A stretch of DNA of 64,000 bases from the NCBI GenBank assembly GCA_000708835.1, contig DF237092.1, positions 110,943 through 174,942 on the forward strand, in the 5' to 3' direction. Made by a program: the position numbers and the translations under genes. Source of the stretch: Klebsormidium nitens. Lineage: Eukaryota > Plantae > Klebsormidiophyceae. Below the pieces are notes generated by a model, which saw nothing but the letters and a program-made list of their open reading frames with translations, was not told the DNA's origin and made no database searches. Of the stretch, positions 1 through 14,000 are shown in pieces (within the stretch, counting starts at the first letter, position 1; every line of letters starts with the position of its first letter).

Positions 1-2
1 AG

Positions 3-350
3 TGGAGGCGAACTGCTGCTTTACGAGTTGTTATCGTGGTCCAACTCACATTGATTCGGCTTTCTCATTGTGGAACGGGCTGGCTGTGAAGACAAATGGC
101 CTTAGAGGTCACACCTCAAATTCATGCGGAAGCCGTCGCTTGACATGCATTATTGTTTGGGTTTTTGACAATCCCATAAGGGGAGGCGAAGTGCGCTTTG
201 CGAATTGCTATCGCTGGTCCTACTTGCGTTAATTTCGCATCTGCTTCCGGAACGTGCTGGCGGGGAAGACAACTGGCCGACGAGGTCACACATCCAAAGA
301 TTGCAGAAGCCGGCGCTTGACGTGCATTTGCTTTTTGATCTGTGAACTTC
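3..350. repeat. Degenerate 177-bp tandem duplication
   Basis: GAAGACAAATGGCC..AGAGGTCACAC..AAGCCGTCGCTTGACATGCATT (from 88) aligns to GAAGACAACTGGCC..CGAGGTCACAC..AAGCCGGCGCTTGACGTGCATT (from 265). Confidence 0.8.
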
Positions 351-1482
351 GACTGACAGGAAGCCCACATCTTTGAATACTCGCTTACAACATTGCCATG
401 CCCTTTGGACGGAGGCCAGAAACATTTAGAGATGAGGTTGGCTTGCCTGGCATCTGAGATGTCGAAGTGCTTGCACTTTGTTGGAACGCCATCCGCTGTG
501 AAGCATGCCGGTGCACTGCTTCATTTCGAGGCAGGCATTTGTGAACTGAAGCTCTTTCGGTGTTGAATTTTACACGAGGTTCCTGTAGAGGTTTGCAGGA
601 TATAGTTTCATCCAGATGAACGCAAGCATGCGCGTTTGCTCCTGTTCAGAAATTTGGGTTCCTGCGCTTCTTGAATTCTTCATTGCTGTCCTTGTCTCAG
701 TTGACTTGGCGCAATGGATTTGACCTCCGCTGTCAGCAGCTAAGAGCGGACTGCGCCCCTGGTACCCGAAGGGGCCGGCGCAAGCGCTTCTTAGGTCCAT
801 ATACAATATTCTTGGATGCTCTCGGATAGAATGGTCGGCCATGACGAGAGTCGCAGTGCGGACTCCGCACATCCGTTTCAGTTCCTGTCTCCGAGGCCCT
901 CGAGTCTGCTGGTCGCTACAAGTAGACGGTCACGAATAGGCCCACGTCTTAGTGACGTCAGCTCGGACAAGCAAAATGTGGCCTTGATGGGGAGAGCGTC
1001 CGCCGTTTGCACTTGCTCCTGCTTACCTTGCTTGCTCACCTTGCGAATTGATTGACTTGCTCATGGTCACCTTAGCGTTATGTTGACCTTCGTTGCTGCG
1101 CAAGAGCTGTGATCGACCAGCTCAACGATTTTAAGTTCTTCGCCAAACTGGCCGCCTTGTGGGTTCAGAACTATCTGATTCCCCTTTCCGCCAACTAAAC
1201 GAGCTCAAGAGCAAAGGGGTCGCTGCCTGAGCCCCTGTTACATTAGAGAGGAAAAGGCCCGGCGAACAGCCCCGAGGAGCCACCGTCTTAGTCCAAGCGA
1301 CTGTGCGGGTGCTAGGCTCGTCCATGCCTAAATCGTCCTGATGTTGAATTGGTTCGAAAACACTGGCAGTGATGCACTACCCTGAAGCCCTGCTTTAAGC
1401 AACAGCGAACACCGATTGACAGAACTTTGGTTCGCATGCTAGTTCATGTCCGAGTCTCGGCGTATGATCTAAGTCAATTTGT

Positions 1483-1550
1483 GATCGAGTCTCAGCTTAT
1501 GGTGGAGTCTCAGCTTATGGTCGAGTCCCAAAATTACGGTCGAGTCTCAG
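1483..1550 (+). repeat. 18-bp minisatellite GGTCGAGTCTCAGCTTAT, ~4 copies
   Basis: Units visible at 1483, 1501, 1519 and 1538. Confidence 0.85.
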
Positions 1551-4500
1551 TCAGTTTGCTCCACGTGGGTCCCCTGGGCTGTCAAACGCTTTGAACAATT
1601 CCTGAATATCCCTCAAGTTGAAGCAAAGAGCGAAGGGGTCCACTGAAAGATTAAGTTGCCGGATGTGGACCGCATAGAAGGGCTGGCTGTGATGGGATGC
1701 TCGCAGAGGCCCTGCTTCAATCATCAGGAAGATTGTCCGTTGCGGAAGCCGGCCGTTCATTGTGTCTAGGTGCACTTACAAACCAGGCGCTACGGTGGCA
1801 AAGCGTTGTTGCTCGGCAGAAGCCGTGGTTCTTTGTCTGCTACTGTGGTTGTTGTTTGTGCTTATGCGCGTCTGTAAAACGTTCGATTCATCCGGCTAAG
1901 GTCACTTGGAATGTGGCGTAATTCCAGTACACGACGATGACGGAAGACTAAACCCGTACACTTAAGTTCGTGTGGATCAATCTAGTAAAGAACAAAATGA
2001 TGTCTCTGGTCCGGTTGCAAGGGCAGCCCATCAGACGATCTCAGGGCTGAAGTGTATGACCAAGTTTGTCTTATTGGCTGCTTCCCTATGTCTCAAGCTT
2101 GACTAGAAATGGTGTCAAAAACGATGGCAACGATGGTTCACCCCCTGCGTGCTTTTTCGCGGGCCACATCCGGAGAATCCAGCGGCGCCGGTCGATACTA
2201 TTCAAGTGGCAAATGGATTGCCATCTGTATTTATGTCTATCTCGTGCATGCTGTTGTCGTCACGTGTTATGCTACGGCGTAGCCCTTTCCTACAAGTTGC
2301 TTGCATTCCGAGTCACTCTTTCCTTCTAGACTCTGCACGCTTTGTGAAGCTACATGTCGAATACGCTACCCTCAATTTGAAGACCGCCATGTCTGAAGAA
2401 ATTTGTCTGCAGTTTCTTTGATCATGCATGCCAACATGGTTTTGATGCAAGAATTTGGGCATGTGCTGGCACGAAGGGCCACAAGTGTGGGCGGTCATGG
2501 CTGATGCTAGACTTTCTATGCAAATCAATAGAGCATAGCCAATCAACCCTTTCCATCGCCTGAAGTTAACCCGATGGCTCTCTCGTATACGGTTCTGAAG
2601 CAATGACTGCCGTGAAACGTCGTTTCACAAGCCCCTACCTCGTTCTCATTCTGAAGCCGGTGCGTACGTTTTTGACTTCAGGTCCTCCTCCTAGTTATGA
2701 CGAACCAAACTTGTCGAGGAGTTCGATAACGGTTTCTCCAGTTGGATTGCAACGGTTCGGCTCCTTCTCCTATTCAGGGAGCTAGGAAGGCGCGTCGCCT
2801 CATCCGGTTTCCCTGAAGCTTTGTCCTGGTGTGAACTTGCAACCGCGCACCAAAGTTCGTGTCGCCATGAACTCCTTCGCGCACCTGCTTTATTCCAGAT
2901 CTCTTTTCGAGTTTTTGCCTCATGTCAATGCCGGTAAGATTTAACCTTTCTGCTTTTGGCATCCTTTTATTAAGCGTCGCAAATTAGTCATAGCTTTGGA
3001 TCAACTCCTTTGACTGTCTGCTCGTCACGTCTTTCCTGCGAGATTGTGAACACTTCGTCTTTCTTGAATTCGAGATTTCGAGCACGAGCTTCATGGCCAG
3101 GGAGAAGCTCCGCCTGTTTCTTCTACATTTCGGGTCTCGCTCCGGATTGCGTATGTTCTAGGCTGCTACTTCAGCTTGTTGAGCTTCTGTGGAAGAAGTT
3201 TTGCCCGGCCGCTTCGGCTCCTTCATCTTCCTTAGATTGGACGTTCTAAGAGTCCTTGCTCGACCTCGTCAGATTTCCGGACCCTGCAACGCTGTTTCGA
3301 AATTGAAGGCGAAAGGATCAGCTATGATAGTACCGGCAATAGGCTCCGACCCAGCCATATTTTCTCGAAGCCATATTTCCTCGAAGCTGCTATGTTCCTT
3401 CCTTCGGAATGCTATACTGAGATTACTGTTGGTCCAGTCTCAATCAAACCATGTTAAGTCGGGAGACATTACGCTCCTGAGCAGAGTGGCTTGGGCAACC
3501 GGTTGTATTGCTACTGTTGTGAATTCCGTCGCTAACTCCAGTAGGTTAGCGTGTCGCCACGTGTCGCTAGGCTCTGACATACGTCTCGTTGATGAGGATG
3601 CCGGTGGCAATGCTTGCTTGGGAGAGTGGCCGAGCTGATGATTATCTTGTTTCTAATCACGCTCCAAAAGTGCTGCAACAATCTACTATTCAGCATAAAA
3701 ATCATGAAAACAACAGCATTTTCTGAGTGCAACGCATCGATTTGCTGGCAGCGATGGATCGTGCTGGAGCTTTGCTTCAGTCACCCCTTGTCTTTCTTAC
3801 AGAAGGCGGGATACCGTCCGAATCGCGCATGCCTTGGGGCTCAACGGACGGTTGCTCTTATCAACTTCCTGGACTTGGGCTTGCTGGAGAAAATGTTGGA
3901 TTCGTGTAGAAGGCTTGCAACTGCCGTATGTCACCATCCCTTCGCTTCAAGCCGAAGGGCTGTCCCTGCGCTAACGCATGCGGCACTCAGGTTCAAGTTC
4001 CTCAAGCAACTGCCGGTCTCGAACCGTTGTATGTGTTTAAGCGAGGGTCCTGTAATGAGTTGTCTTTTTCAGTGATCCCTGCCCTTTTCAATCACAGAAA
4101 ACGATAAAGTAGGTCCCACAGATAAGGCGGGCTCGGATGGTTGCTTTGATGAGGTCTCAATTTTTTCATAGATCAGGAGCCTCTCCAGATGCCAGCCGTT
4201 CCATGGTTTTACCAAAGGCTCGTCGTTTTTTTGGTGCCTCTTTTGTCTTTCAACTCAACATATTATGTCTACCAGGCCCTTCTTGTCTTCCCCCACAAGT
4301 GGACCCACGTGCTTTCCAGACGTCCGCATCCCTCGACTTTCCGCTTGCTTTCCGTGCGTGTACCCAGCCTATGGCATGTGCCGCATCAAAGAAGTCTTTC
4401 CTAAGAGAACCGAAGGATTGCAGTAGTCCACAAGCCGCTGTTTCAGACTTCCCAAAACTCAGACAACCCTTTGGATCCTAAGAAACTGCGGTTGTTGACG

Positions 4501-5001
4501 TGTGTAGTTCTGATAACGAAGCCTCGATGGAAACTGGCAATGATATGAAAGGCCTCTGCGGCGTTGCCGCAAGTCTTTTCGTTGAAGATCAGACGCTGGT
4601 TGTGCCAATTAAGCAAACGCAGATTTTTCAATCGTGGCAACTTCGTTCGTTGGTTCTGAGACAGGTGCTTTGAAGCTGAGGATCCCTACTACATCCTCTT
4701 TGCAAGCAAGGTTCGGCTTCTTCAAAGTTTTCTTCTGTTTGAGGTGCTGCTGCGCGCGCAATTGCACTTTGCTGTGTGCACCGAAATGACGAAGAAAAAG
4801 AAGGCCGGGATGCTACTGAGCGTCATGACGAGGCTATGCCTCAATAGGCGATCCATGTAGACAATGCTGACAAGCCAGTCGGTAAGTGGACCCATTAACA
4901 TGTGCCGACAACGTTCTCTTTTGGAACCTAAACCGTTTCCTCTTCTACTCTCCCATTACCTTGACCCAGTACTCCAATAATCGTTGGCAGCAAAAAGGTC
5001 A

Positions 5002-5053
5002 ACGCGCTTGGCAAAAGTCCTCGTTTGACGCGCTTGGCAAAAGTCCTCGTTTG
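5002..5053 (+). repeat. Perfect 26-bp tandem duplication
   Basis: ACGCGCTTGGCAAAAGTCCTCGTTTG occurs twice in tandem. Confidence 0.9.
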
Positions 5054-8000
5054 CATGTTGGTCAGGCAAACCCGACCGCACAACTCAGGGTATGATATAC
5101 ACCTGTTTCTGTTTGGGCATGTGGGCACCTACTTATCTGCTTCTATGCTGAGCTTTCTGTACAGGACGTGTACCAGCGTAAGCGAGAATCTGCAGAACGC
5201 CTTTGTAGCCGAGCGGGTTGCATCGGCGGCCTCGTATGTGAAAGACTAGGCATCATCTTCTTAGCCCGGGCAAGCCCTTTGCTATCACACTGTTTAGGGC
5301 GGGTGATCACCATCCTGAAATTTTGGTATATGCATGTCCAGTCTGCTACAGTCCCATGATTTTAGAGAGAATTGCACCTCGTCAGACGGATGTCTCATTT
5401 GGTTTGCTTCTGCACAATGAAATCTTCCCCTGCGCTTCTCTCTCTTAGGTTCTTCCCTTAAGGCACGTTGTGTCCGAGCGAATCACTTTGAAGATTGCAC
5501 ACGGCAGCAAAATTCATTTGCGTTCAGTCCTCTTTCTGTTACGCCATGCACCTGATACCGTCGCCGATGACCTCAATCTATTTTGGTAACTGCCCTTAAA
5601 ATACAAACTCCGACTTTTGTGTAGTTTGCGCGCTGTATTGGGTCGCGTCCGTTGAAAGCTCGTCTACTTCCGTGTTCTCAGGGGACGTGCTTCTGAAGTC
5701 TGTGGCTGTGACGTGAAACAGCGCTCTGCACGTATTTGCAGATAGGAGGTTGAAGCGTTTTATTCTACTGATGCCAAGAAGTTATGACTTACAAAAGCTA
5801 GCCATAATACCATCGTGCCATGTGATCATATCCATGTAATTATTGGATGATGGCACAAAACCTGCAAGTGGGCATTGATTCGAAGAAAGCTGAACCTTCG
5901 GCCCAGATGTTTTTCCTCCTTTTTCCTCCGCTTTCAAGAGCTGGTGCGAGGTATTCTCTGTAAACCGCTTTAGACACACTCTGCAACATCTAAGCGCTTG
6001 GCGGTTTTTATGTTTTCGTCCCCCTTTCGGAGGTCAAGGAGTCCTCCTCATTCTGGTCCCGAAAGAAGTCCGCAACAGTATCCAGGTCATAGTTGCTTTT
6101 CGTAGAAAACAACGAATGTGCCAACTCGGGTGTGGGTCACAAGGCGGTGATTCCTGCGATATGCTTCAGCCATTTGCTTGGCAACCCACACTCCAGGTCT
6201 GAGCCGGATTGAGCCGGATTCTTCCATCGGTTGCCCCTGCCACGATAAAAGTGGACTCTTTATTAACCAGGGCCCGGGCTTATTGTTGGTTCAGATATTA
6301 TTTGTTGGAATTAGCAAGTTTCTTTCAATCCTGGATGCGCTCTTCCTTTCGTTCCTGACTGTGCAAGTGTTTCGACCTGAGAATGTGCTGAAAGAATCCA
6401 AAGTTGGTGTATCATCAGGGTAGCAAATGAGAAGGCCCGTCATCAATTTCCATTGCCGATCCATCCGTTTCAGGCGAAGCCGCGTTTCGATTATTCGGAG
6501 TGGCAACCCACCCGTCTGCAAATCATAAGCCAAGATGTCGCGCTTTCACGCTCTGAATGAAGACCCACCGCCAGTCGTAGACTTGGTCCCATTGCTTTAC
6601 CAGGGTATGTATGCCGGGTCATGTTCAACGCTCCATTTGTTTCCGGTCCCCTGTTTATCTCCCTTTTGCTTTTGCTTTCTGCTTTACGATGGGACTTTCT
6701 ATTCGTGTTTTTTTTGGACTTTCTTCTGACCGTGATTTGATTGCGGCCATAGAGCGGAATGTGACAGAAGTCTCTCTTTCGAGGAGGTCAATAAGTTATT
6801 TTTCATTACGTGCTTTCATCCTTGGCCAGACGAAGTCTCTGTAGAGATTTCTATCGGATAACGTGTTCCGCTAAAGTGTGCAAGGCAACTTGGCAACGAA
6901 GGATGTCCGCTCCGCGGGCTCGACACTTCTCAGATTGTGGACGACTTTCTCAGCAGAGCCTGCCACACACATTCATTTTTGGATTTTTCAAGTAAGCACC
7001 GCTTAGTACGCTTTTGGAAGCCGCTGACTGCGGTCAGTTGGGGAATCGATATCGTACGCAGCAAAGCAGCGGGTTGTCACCTCTGCGGGTGGGCTAGCTT
7101 GCTCGAAACCCGGATGTCAAATATTAACAGCTTGATTTCAGGACAGCTTTTCTTAAGTTGGCAAGTACGAGGAGTCCATAGTAGGCCCCTCTGCGTTCAG
7201 GGGGCGTGAAACTCTGATCCAATCGTAAGCGGTCAAGCAGGACGCATTTACGGATCTTTTAAGTTAGCTGGAGGATTGTGCAAGGGGGATGTGTTGTAAA
7301 CGTTGACGTGGTGCAGACGTTTTGTCCTGCCAAAACGTGCCAACTTGAAGGTGCAATTCAGACAAAATTCTGTACATACGTAGAAAGATTCCGATATCAT
7401 ATTGCCTTACCGGTGAAGCTTTGGACCTCGGGTTTGAAAAGCATCACCGAAACAAGTCAGAAACTTGCCTCTCACTTGACGGTATTTCCGAGACCCTCCC
7501 ACGGGTTGGATCCGAGTCAAGCCTTGTCGCGCAGACAATCTAGGCTGATCTGCTACTGGTAGAAATCAAAGGCTGCTGAACAAAGCTTTTCAAATGCACC
7601 AGATGGGCAGAGGGTACATGCGTGTTTGGCTGTGAGAAAACTCAGGATGAGGATCTCGGCGCCTCATCACGGTCCGTCGAGAGCCATGCAATTAAGCAAC
7701 GTCGGCGTTCAAACATAACAGTCGTACGGTTAGTTTCTCATGCCGCTTCTAATTTTCGTTGACTCGTACGTATGGTCTGTAGGGCTAGCGACGGCAGTCA
7801 ATTGTTGCATGTTTGGCGGACGGACGAGGCGTCGAATTGCGCCGGTGATGCCAAGAACGCATCCCGACGTCGATCCAACAATTAAAGAAAGATGCATCTC
7901 TCATACGTCTATAAGCTTTCTTAAAGAAGCGTGTCTAGAAAACGTGCGTCGTCGAAAGATTTAAGCCGTTCTGGGCTGCAATACGATCCCATCGTCCTCA

Positions 8001-11000
8001 AGTTACGACACAAATATTCTTCTGAGTCCTAAATTCATACTGCGCTTGAGAGCGGCTGTGAGGACTCACCGCAGTGACGCTTGCCTCTCGTCGTGTCGAC
8101 GTCACCAAGCTGTGCCGTCTCCGTTGAAGCCGGCGATTATACGAAGTAAAGCAATAGTTGACGGTCGGTTTTGTGGCTTACTTCCACGAATTGACGCAGC
8201 ACTCCTTGCCGAGTTGATATGTCTTCCGGATCTTTCGGCCGCTAGAATCGAGTTCGGCGCCACCAATTTTTATAACTAATACATTCGCCTGTCGATTGTG
8301 GCCGTGAAGAAGAGCTTTGACTTGGTTTCCAGACGCCTCGGCAAGCCATGCTACTGATCCATATGCTTTGAAAGCGTCCGATGCCACCTTTGACTTCAAT
8401 CTGCCCCAGTGCAGCTAGTTGCCAGATGCTTTGCTACGATCGATATCTTGCATGGCCGGCACGGAGCAGCAACTCAAAACTCGATGAAAGACTTTGCACA
8501 CATACTTGTACGTATCAAACGGCGCGCTAAGCAATTCTTCAAGGGAGCTGACGGCCAACTGTTTTTCGGACTGTGTTTCGGGCGTTGTGTTTTCGGAAAT
8601 TTGTTATTGACCCCTATTACAGCAGATTGTTATCGGGCTAGCCCACTTGGGGGTTGCCCGGCAACGGCTCACCCAGGGATCCGACTCTAGGGCCTCTTTT
8701 TAATGCCGCCGCTATGCACGGGCGCATCCAAACTTCCTGAGAATTCGTCACCCCAATGACTTCTTCCTTTCTCTCCCTGATTTATCCGTGCGACGTGGTC
8801 GTGGGACGCTTGTCTAGTCTCAGCCCACCAAATAAAGATGGGAGTGTTACAGTCGCGGCTGTGATTTCAAAGAGCGCACTAGTCTGCGATAAGGTTGCAG
8901 AGTTTGGCTTTGAAGTTCCCTGAGGCCCTGTAAATTGCAGATTTCAAACCTCTGACGTAACAGTGCCCTCAATTCAAATTCTCAGCATAGTGAATGTAGC
9001 GCCCGTTAGGGGATGAAAGCGTGCAGTGCTCAATCCGACCACGTTTTAAACGTTTCCTCTCAGTTTCTCGAATGACTTATAGAGCTTCTCAAAGGGGGCA
9101 AAGGGTGAATAGCGTTTCACTGTCAGTGCCGATGCTATGGAGACAAGAGTCATCAAAAGGCCATATGCCCAACGGGTACATTTGGAAAGTTTGGCTGCTA
9201 ACAAGGCCGTTCACCAGGCTCGAGCCTCAAGTCATTGGACACTGAACCGGGCTGTTCTCATGCTCTTTACCGCCCAATGCAAGTCTGGTTATCGGACAGT
9301 TAACCCTTCTGTATCGGCGCATAGCCAGCCCATTATAACCAACTATGGTTACGGGCCCAAAACTGATGTGCGCGCAACGGCAGACAAAGGCGCTCTAGGT
9401 GGGCTTGTGACCGCGAAACGCTTTCGTCGTCAGCCTTTCAAAGTTGTGTTCGAGCCTGGCTAGGCGACCCCTCGTCGGGACTGGATCAAAAAATCTGACG
9501 TTTCCCAGGCTTCTTGGTTTCTTCGTGTTCGAGGCAAACGGTGTTATCCGGAGCTGCTGAGATTTACGTTGTTGAATGCCGTTGTGACGCATACTGCGAG
9601 TTCAGATTGCAAGCGGTACTGGCTAGATCAGCAACCACTGATATCTTTGCTCCTGGGAAAGAGTGCAAATCCGAGGTCTCAATTCTTGCTTCATGATCGC
9701 ACTCACCTTATGCTCAATCGGTGAGTTTGGAGGCTGTGACTTCGATCTATGGTACGCTACATGCCACTCAAAGTCACGGTGGCACAGGAGCATCCATTAC
9801 ACGTCTGAGCCACATAGGCCGATCCTGACACCGTAAAATTCCTTCCAATTGGTTTTGATTCATCATATTCCAATGGGCCGTACTGAAACTTATGAGTCGA
9901 GTTACTCGGGATTCTCTTAACATCTAGGCAGAAAACTCGTTTTCAGATGCATTCTGCTTTTACCTCTCTGGTGGGAAACTTATGCAAGTGGATACTACAG
10001 TCGGTAAGTTGATCTTACAGTCGGCGTCTATAAGCTCGTTTCTATCGTCTCCTTGATTGTGCAGTCTTCCGAAAGGGGTGCTTCCGCTTGCAAACGACTC
10101 AAGGTTTTGCGCTCTTCGTCGGTAGAAGCTCGAGTCTGCTGTTCGAGTCTCGCTAGCAACAAGACTTTGTCTGCTTCTCGGATCGAAACCAACTATTACT
10201 CGTTCTTCTCACGAATATGTTGTAGCCGATAGATTGAGGGGACAAGCGTTTCTACAGGAATAAAATTATCATCTTACCCCCATATGGTCATCCTTGGCCA
10301 GACTGGATTTCCAGAAAGCTCTCGCTGCCCCGAAGTCCCACCAAAAACTGATCTTTGCAAGGCAATGAAGGGTGTTATCTGCGGCGGGCTTAACATTTTC
10401 CGCAGGACTGGACAGCCGTTCGCCTCATCAGAGCCTTGCTTTTTCAGCCATGTTCACTCTTGACCAGGTGACTTGAGAAGTTGCCGTTCAGTACACTTTC
10501 AGAAATGCTGAGTGCGATCAGCCATCTGTGATTTGAAACTTAGACATCAAGGCGCGCCGAGGGGTTTGAATTCTTGAAAGCGGGGACGCATGCCTTACTC
10601 GTGCTCGATTCAAATTCGTGGTTCTTTTGAAGTTCCTGCCGCGCTTGAAACTGTATGATTTGTGCTTTTTGGAGCGCCCCTCCCCCTGCACCTAGTACTC
10701 CTCCATTCCAGAGATACAAGCAATGGCTAGGTAAAAGGCAAGGGATGGGGGGAAAAGGATTGATGCCATCATACAAGGCCCAAGAATGACCCGGCAAGCT
10801 TTAAGATTGACCACGAGGCAAATTTCAGATTCGCGAGCATGCCAAGCATGCGGCTGTGAGGAAACACGACATCATGAGGGCTTCCCTCAGTCATTGCGAC
10901 ATCGGTGCTGAATTGCCGCTTCGAAGAGCGCACAGTCACACTCAACCCCGGCCCTTGTGAGTGACCATTCTCGTGGTCGCATTTTCAGGAGTCTTTAAGG

Positions 11001-14000
11001 ACATAGATGAGCGCTCAAAGGACATAGGTGAGCGCTCAGCGGCCGAAATTGCAATGCGCGTACGTCTGGCGATGTTTGCCTTGTTGCGTCTGGAATCGCT
11101 GTAGACAGCCGTATTTTGCCCGTATTTCAAATCGCTGGCCCTTCCCTTAGCTTCACCGGGACTTTCCCAAAGATCGATCCAACTTCAATGTCTGTTGAAC
11201 GTCGAGGACCTCATTCTGCTCCGATAAGGAGGCACGCGCTCTGCTGATGACGTGCAAAGGAGCGTGCCAGGCCTAGTGGGCGGTTCAAGGATTTTGGCTA
11301 AACACCAATCCAAAAGGTCGCTAGCGGGGCAGATTGGCTCTGTTCACCACATGGGTGTCCACGCATTAGCTGCTCGTCTGAAGCCAGTTTCCTTGCGGAC
11401 GCAGCACAGTGTGTTCCTCCCTTACCTCAGAAATCAGTCTCCTTTGGTTTTTGCATTCCGGCGTTGACATTTTCGTTCTCTCTGCGGCTTACATCGTTCC
11501 CCTCCTTTTGCTGAGATTGGTCATCTCCATAGTCTCTAGAAATGGTTTGGCTCGCAGTGTCGCCACTTTCGGATGCGGCTCCTGACACTTTTCTCGTGTT
11601 GTCCGAGAAATACCAAGTCTGATATAATGTTAAGCGACGTCGATGAATGTCCTCTCTGGTATGATCGAGGTCGTACCGTTAATCCTGGCCGTGACGCACC
11701 AAAGCAAAGAGGTCGTGCCCGACCCTCAAAGCTCACCACCCTTGTTGCAATCTGAAGCCATGAAGTCGGCAATTTGGAAGTGCGGCTGCTTTACGATCAC
11801 ACAAAGATCTGTTTCATTGCAAGCCTCCGCAATGTATGTTGATCACCTGAGCTGGTTGGTCACTTTCAAATCAAACAAGGTGCCCAAAGTGGGTACAGTG
11901 AACCAAATTCTTTGATTGTCGATACAGACGCCAGCCCGGGTTCTAAGCCACGTGGCTGATTCTCTTTTACGGCTGGTAAAAAAACGAAAAATTCACGTCG
12001 CTGCCCCTTCTCGGCAATTCAACGGCTTTTCTCCATTGGGCCATTGTTTTAGAATCCAGTGGACTGTACGTCGGGAAGAGTCTGCCCGTTCAACATCTGC
12101 GCCACGCTAGGAACTTGCAAACAAGCGTGTCTGGTCGTTGCGATCATCAGTTTTGATGAGTACCCCATCGAAGATTACGGGGACAACACCAGAAGGCTCC
12201 ATAGGCCGTGATGGGGACTGCACGTTGAGCGGGCTGAGCCTCACACGTCGGCAGATTGTTCCGTCTGACTAATCCTAAGCTCGTCTTAGCTATTCCTTCT
12301 AGTCAATCTTGATTACCTTGCCGGCAAGTCTGGATCAAGGATAACGTTCTGCGCACCAGCCCAGAAGATAATTCGCTTAAATCTTTGAATGATACGGCTG
12401 TGATGCCTGCCAAACTATAGTACGCTTGTTGCCACTTCAGTGGTAAACGCCATACTTCAGGACGTCTGAAGCCGTACGAGATGGCGGTCCAAGTTAGCAG
12501 TCCTGCCACGTGTTTGTTGTAAGGCCGTTTCCGGGGACGGTCGGGGTTGTTTAGGTCGTACGAAGATACGAAAGGGCAGAGACCTCAGTTGTCTATCCCT
12601 GATTATGCAAGAGTCTGCAAAATATTCTCAGAAGTGACGGATTTTAAATGCAAGTGTAACTTGTCTTGACCACGACGAAGAAACTCCTTTCGAAATTTCG
12701 ACTTGTCTGCGCGGTAGCGTCTCCATCCGACTGACTGTCCATGCATTGATCGTTTGCAACCAGAAAGGTCTTGGCTTGTTTTCGAAGCTTTCTGCTTGTT
12801 TTCTACACAATCTTTGAATCTAACAAGGACTCGCCGGCGTTTCCATCGGTTGTTCGTCATTACGATTTTCGCATCCAATACCCGGAATACTTGAAAGCTT
12901 GTGGTCACTGTCCGTCTTCAAGTTATCCTAGCCAAATTTAACTAGCTTTGGGGAAAGCTTCCAACGTACCCATCCTTTATATGCAGATTATGAAAGGCAA
13001 TGAAAAGCGTCTGCTTTTTGCTGGGCTTGCCAGTACTTCTTGGTCCGCACAAATTCTCCCAGAGACCACCGAGCCTGCCAGCCACTTTGAAACGACTCGT
13101 CGTAAGCAAGCGGCGGAAACCAGCTTTCAAAGTCGCTCACTGCGCGTGTATATAGTGCCTTTAGAAACCTTGAAAAGGGCATACGTGGCAGTACGGAGGC
13201 TTACAAGAGGGGGCCCCGTCCGCGGGTTCTCTTGCCCGGCTCAAAGCCGTGCGTGCGTTAGATGTTTTGCCGCGCTGGCGTGGTAGCTTTGCGTTTTCTC
13301 ACGACTTCGAAGAGGAGATGGCGGGATGCTATTGCGCTGATGAAGTGCGCCTCAGCACATTGAAATGATGCTGAAAGCGCGGTTGTTTTACAAATGTTCT
13401 ACACGTTTATTTACATGTCAAAGACATGCACTCTCTTCGTCACCTTTTCCTCTCATCCTTCGTTTCTTTGCAGGCAAAAAATCCCAACTAATAAGGCCGC
13501 TTATGGACCCGCAGCAGCCCAGGTGGAATGTGTTCGACTCTAATTCTGCACAACTTACTCAAAGGTGGTTGCAAGCCGAATCTAATGATCGCCCACCAAG
13601 GGTCCTCTCGTTTCTGTTTTGGCATTGGGCACTCTCAATCCTTACTTTACTCCGTTGCTGAGTTGTCTGCCAAGGACGTATTCAATGCGAAGTCTTTTGG
13701 ATTCAACTCGGAGTCAAGCTATTTGTATCATGCTGCGTCGTACGTGTAACCCGTTCCGAAACTTCGTATCGTCGTCAAAGTCATGTTTCACCCAATCGAC
13801 CCTGTTCAGATCACATGATTATGTCGAAAGCAGGCTCTGCTTACGGGCTTTGCACCACAAGTTTGCAGCGCCTATTAATCAAGCTGTCATGTACCGTGTC
13901 ATGTTTTCAGCGTCAGCTTAAAGGACGGCTGTCCTTTCCACTGCCCTTTTTCCCTGGCTTTGCCCCTCTAAGTTTGGTGGCTTGAAATATCTCCACGAAA

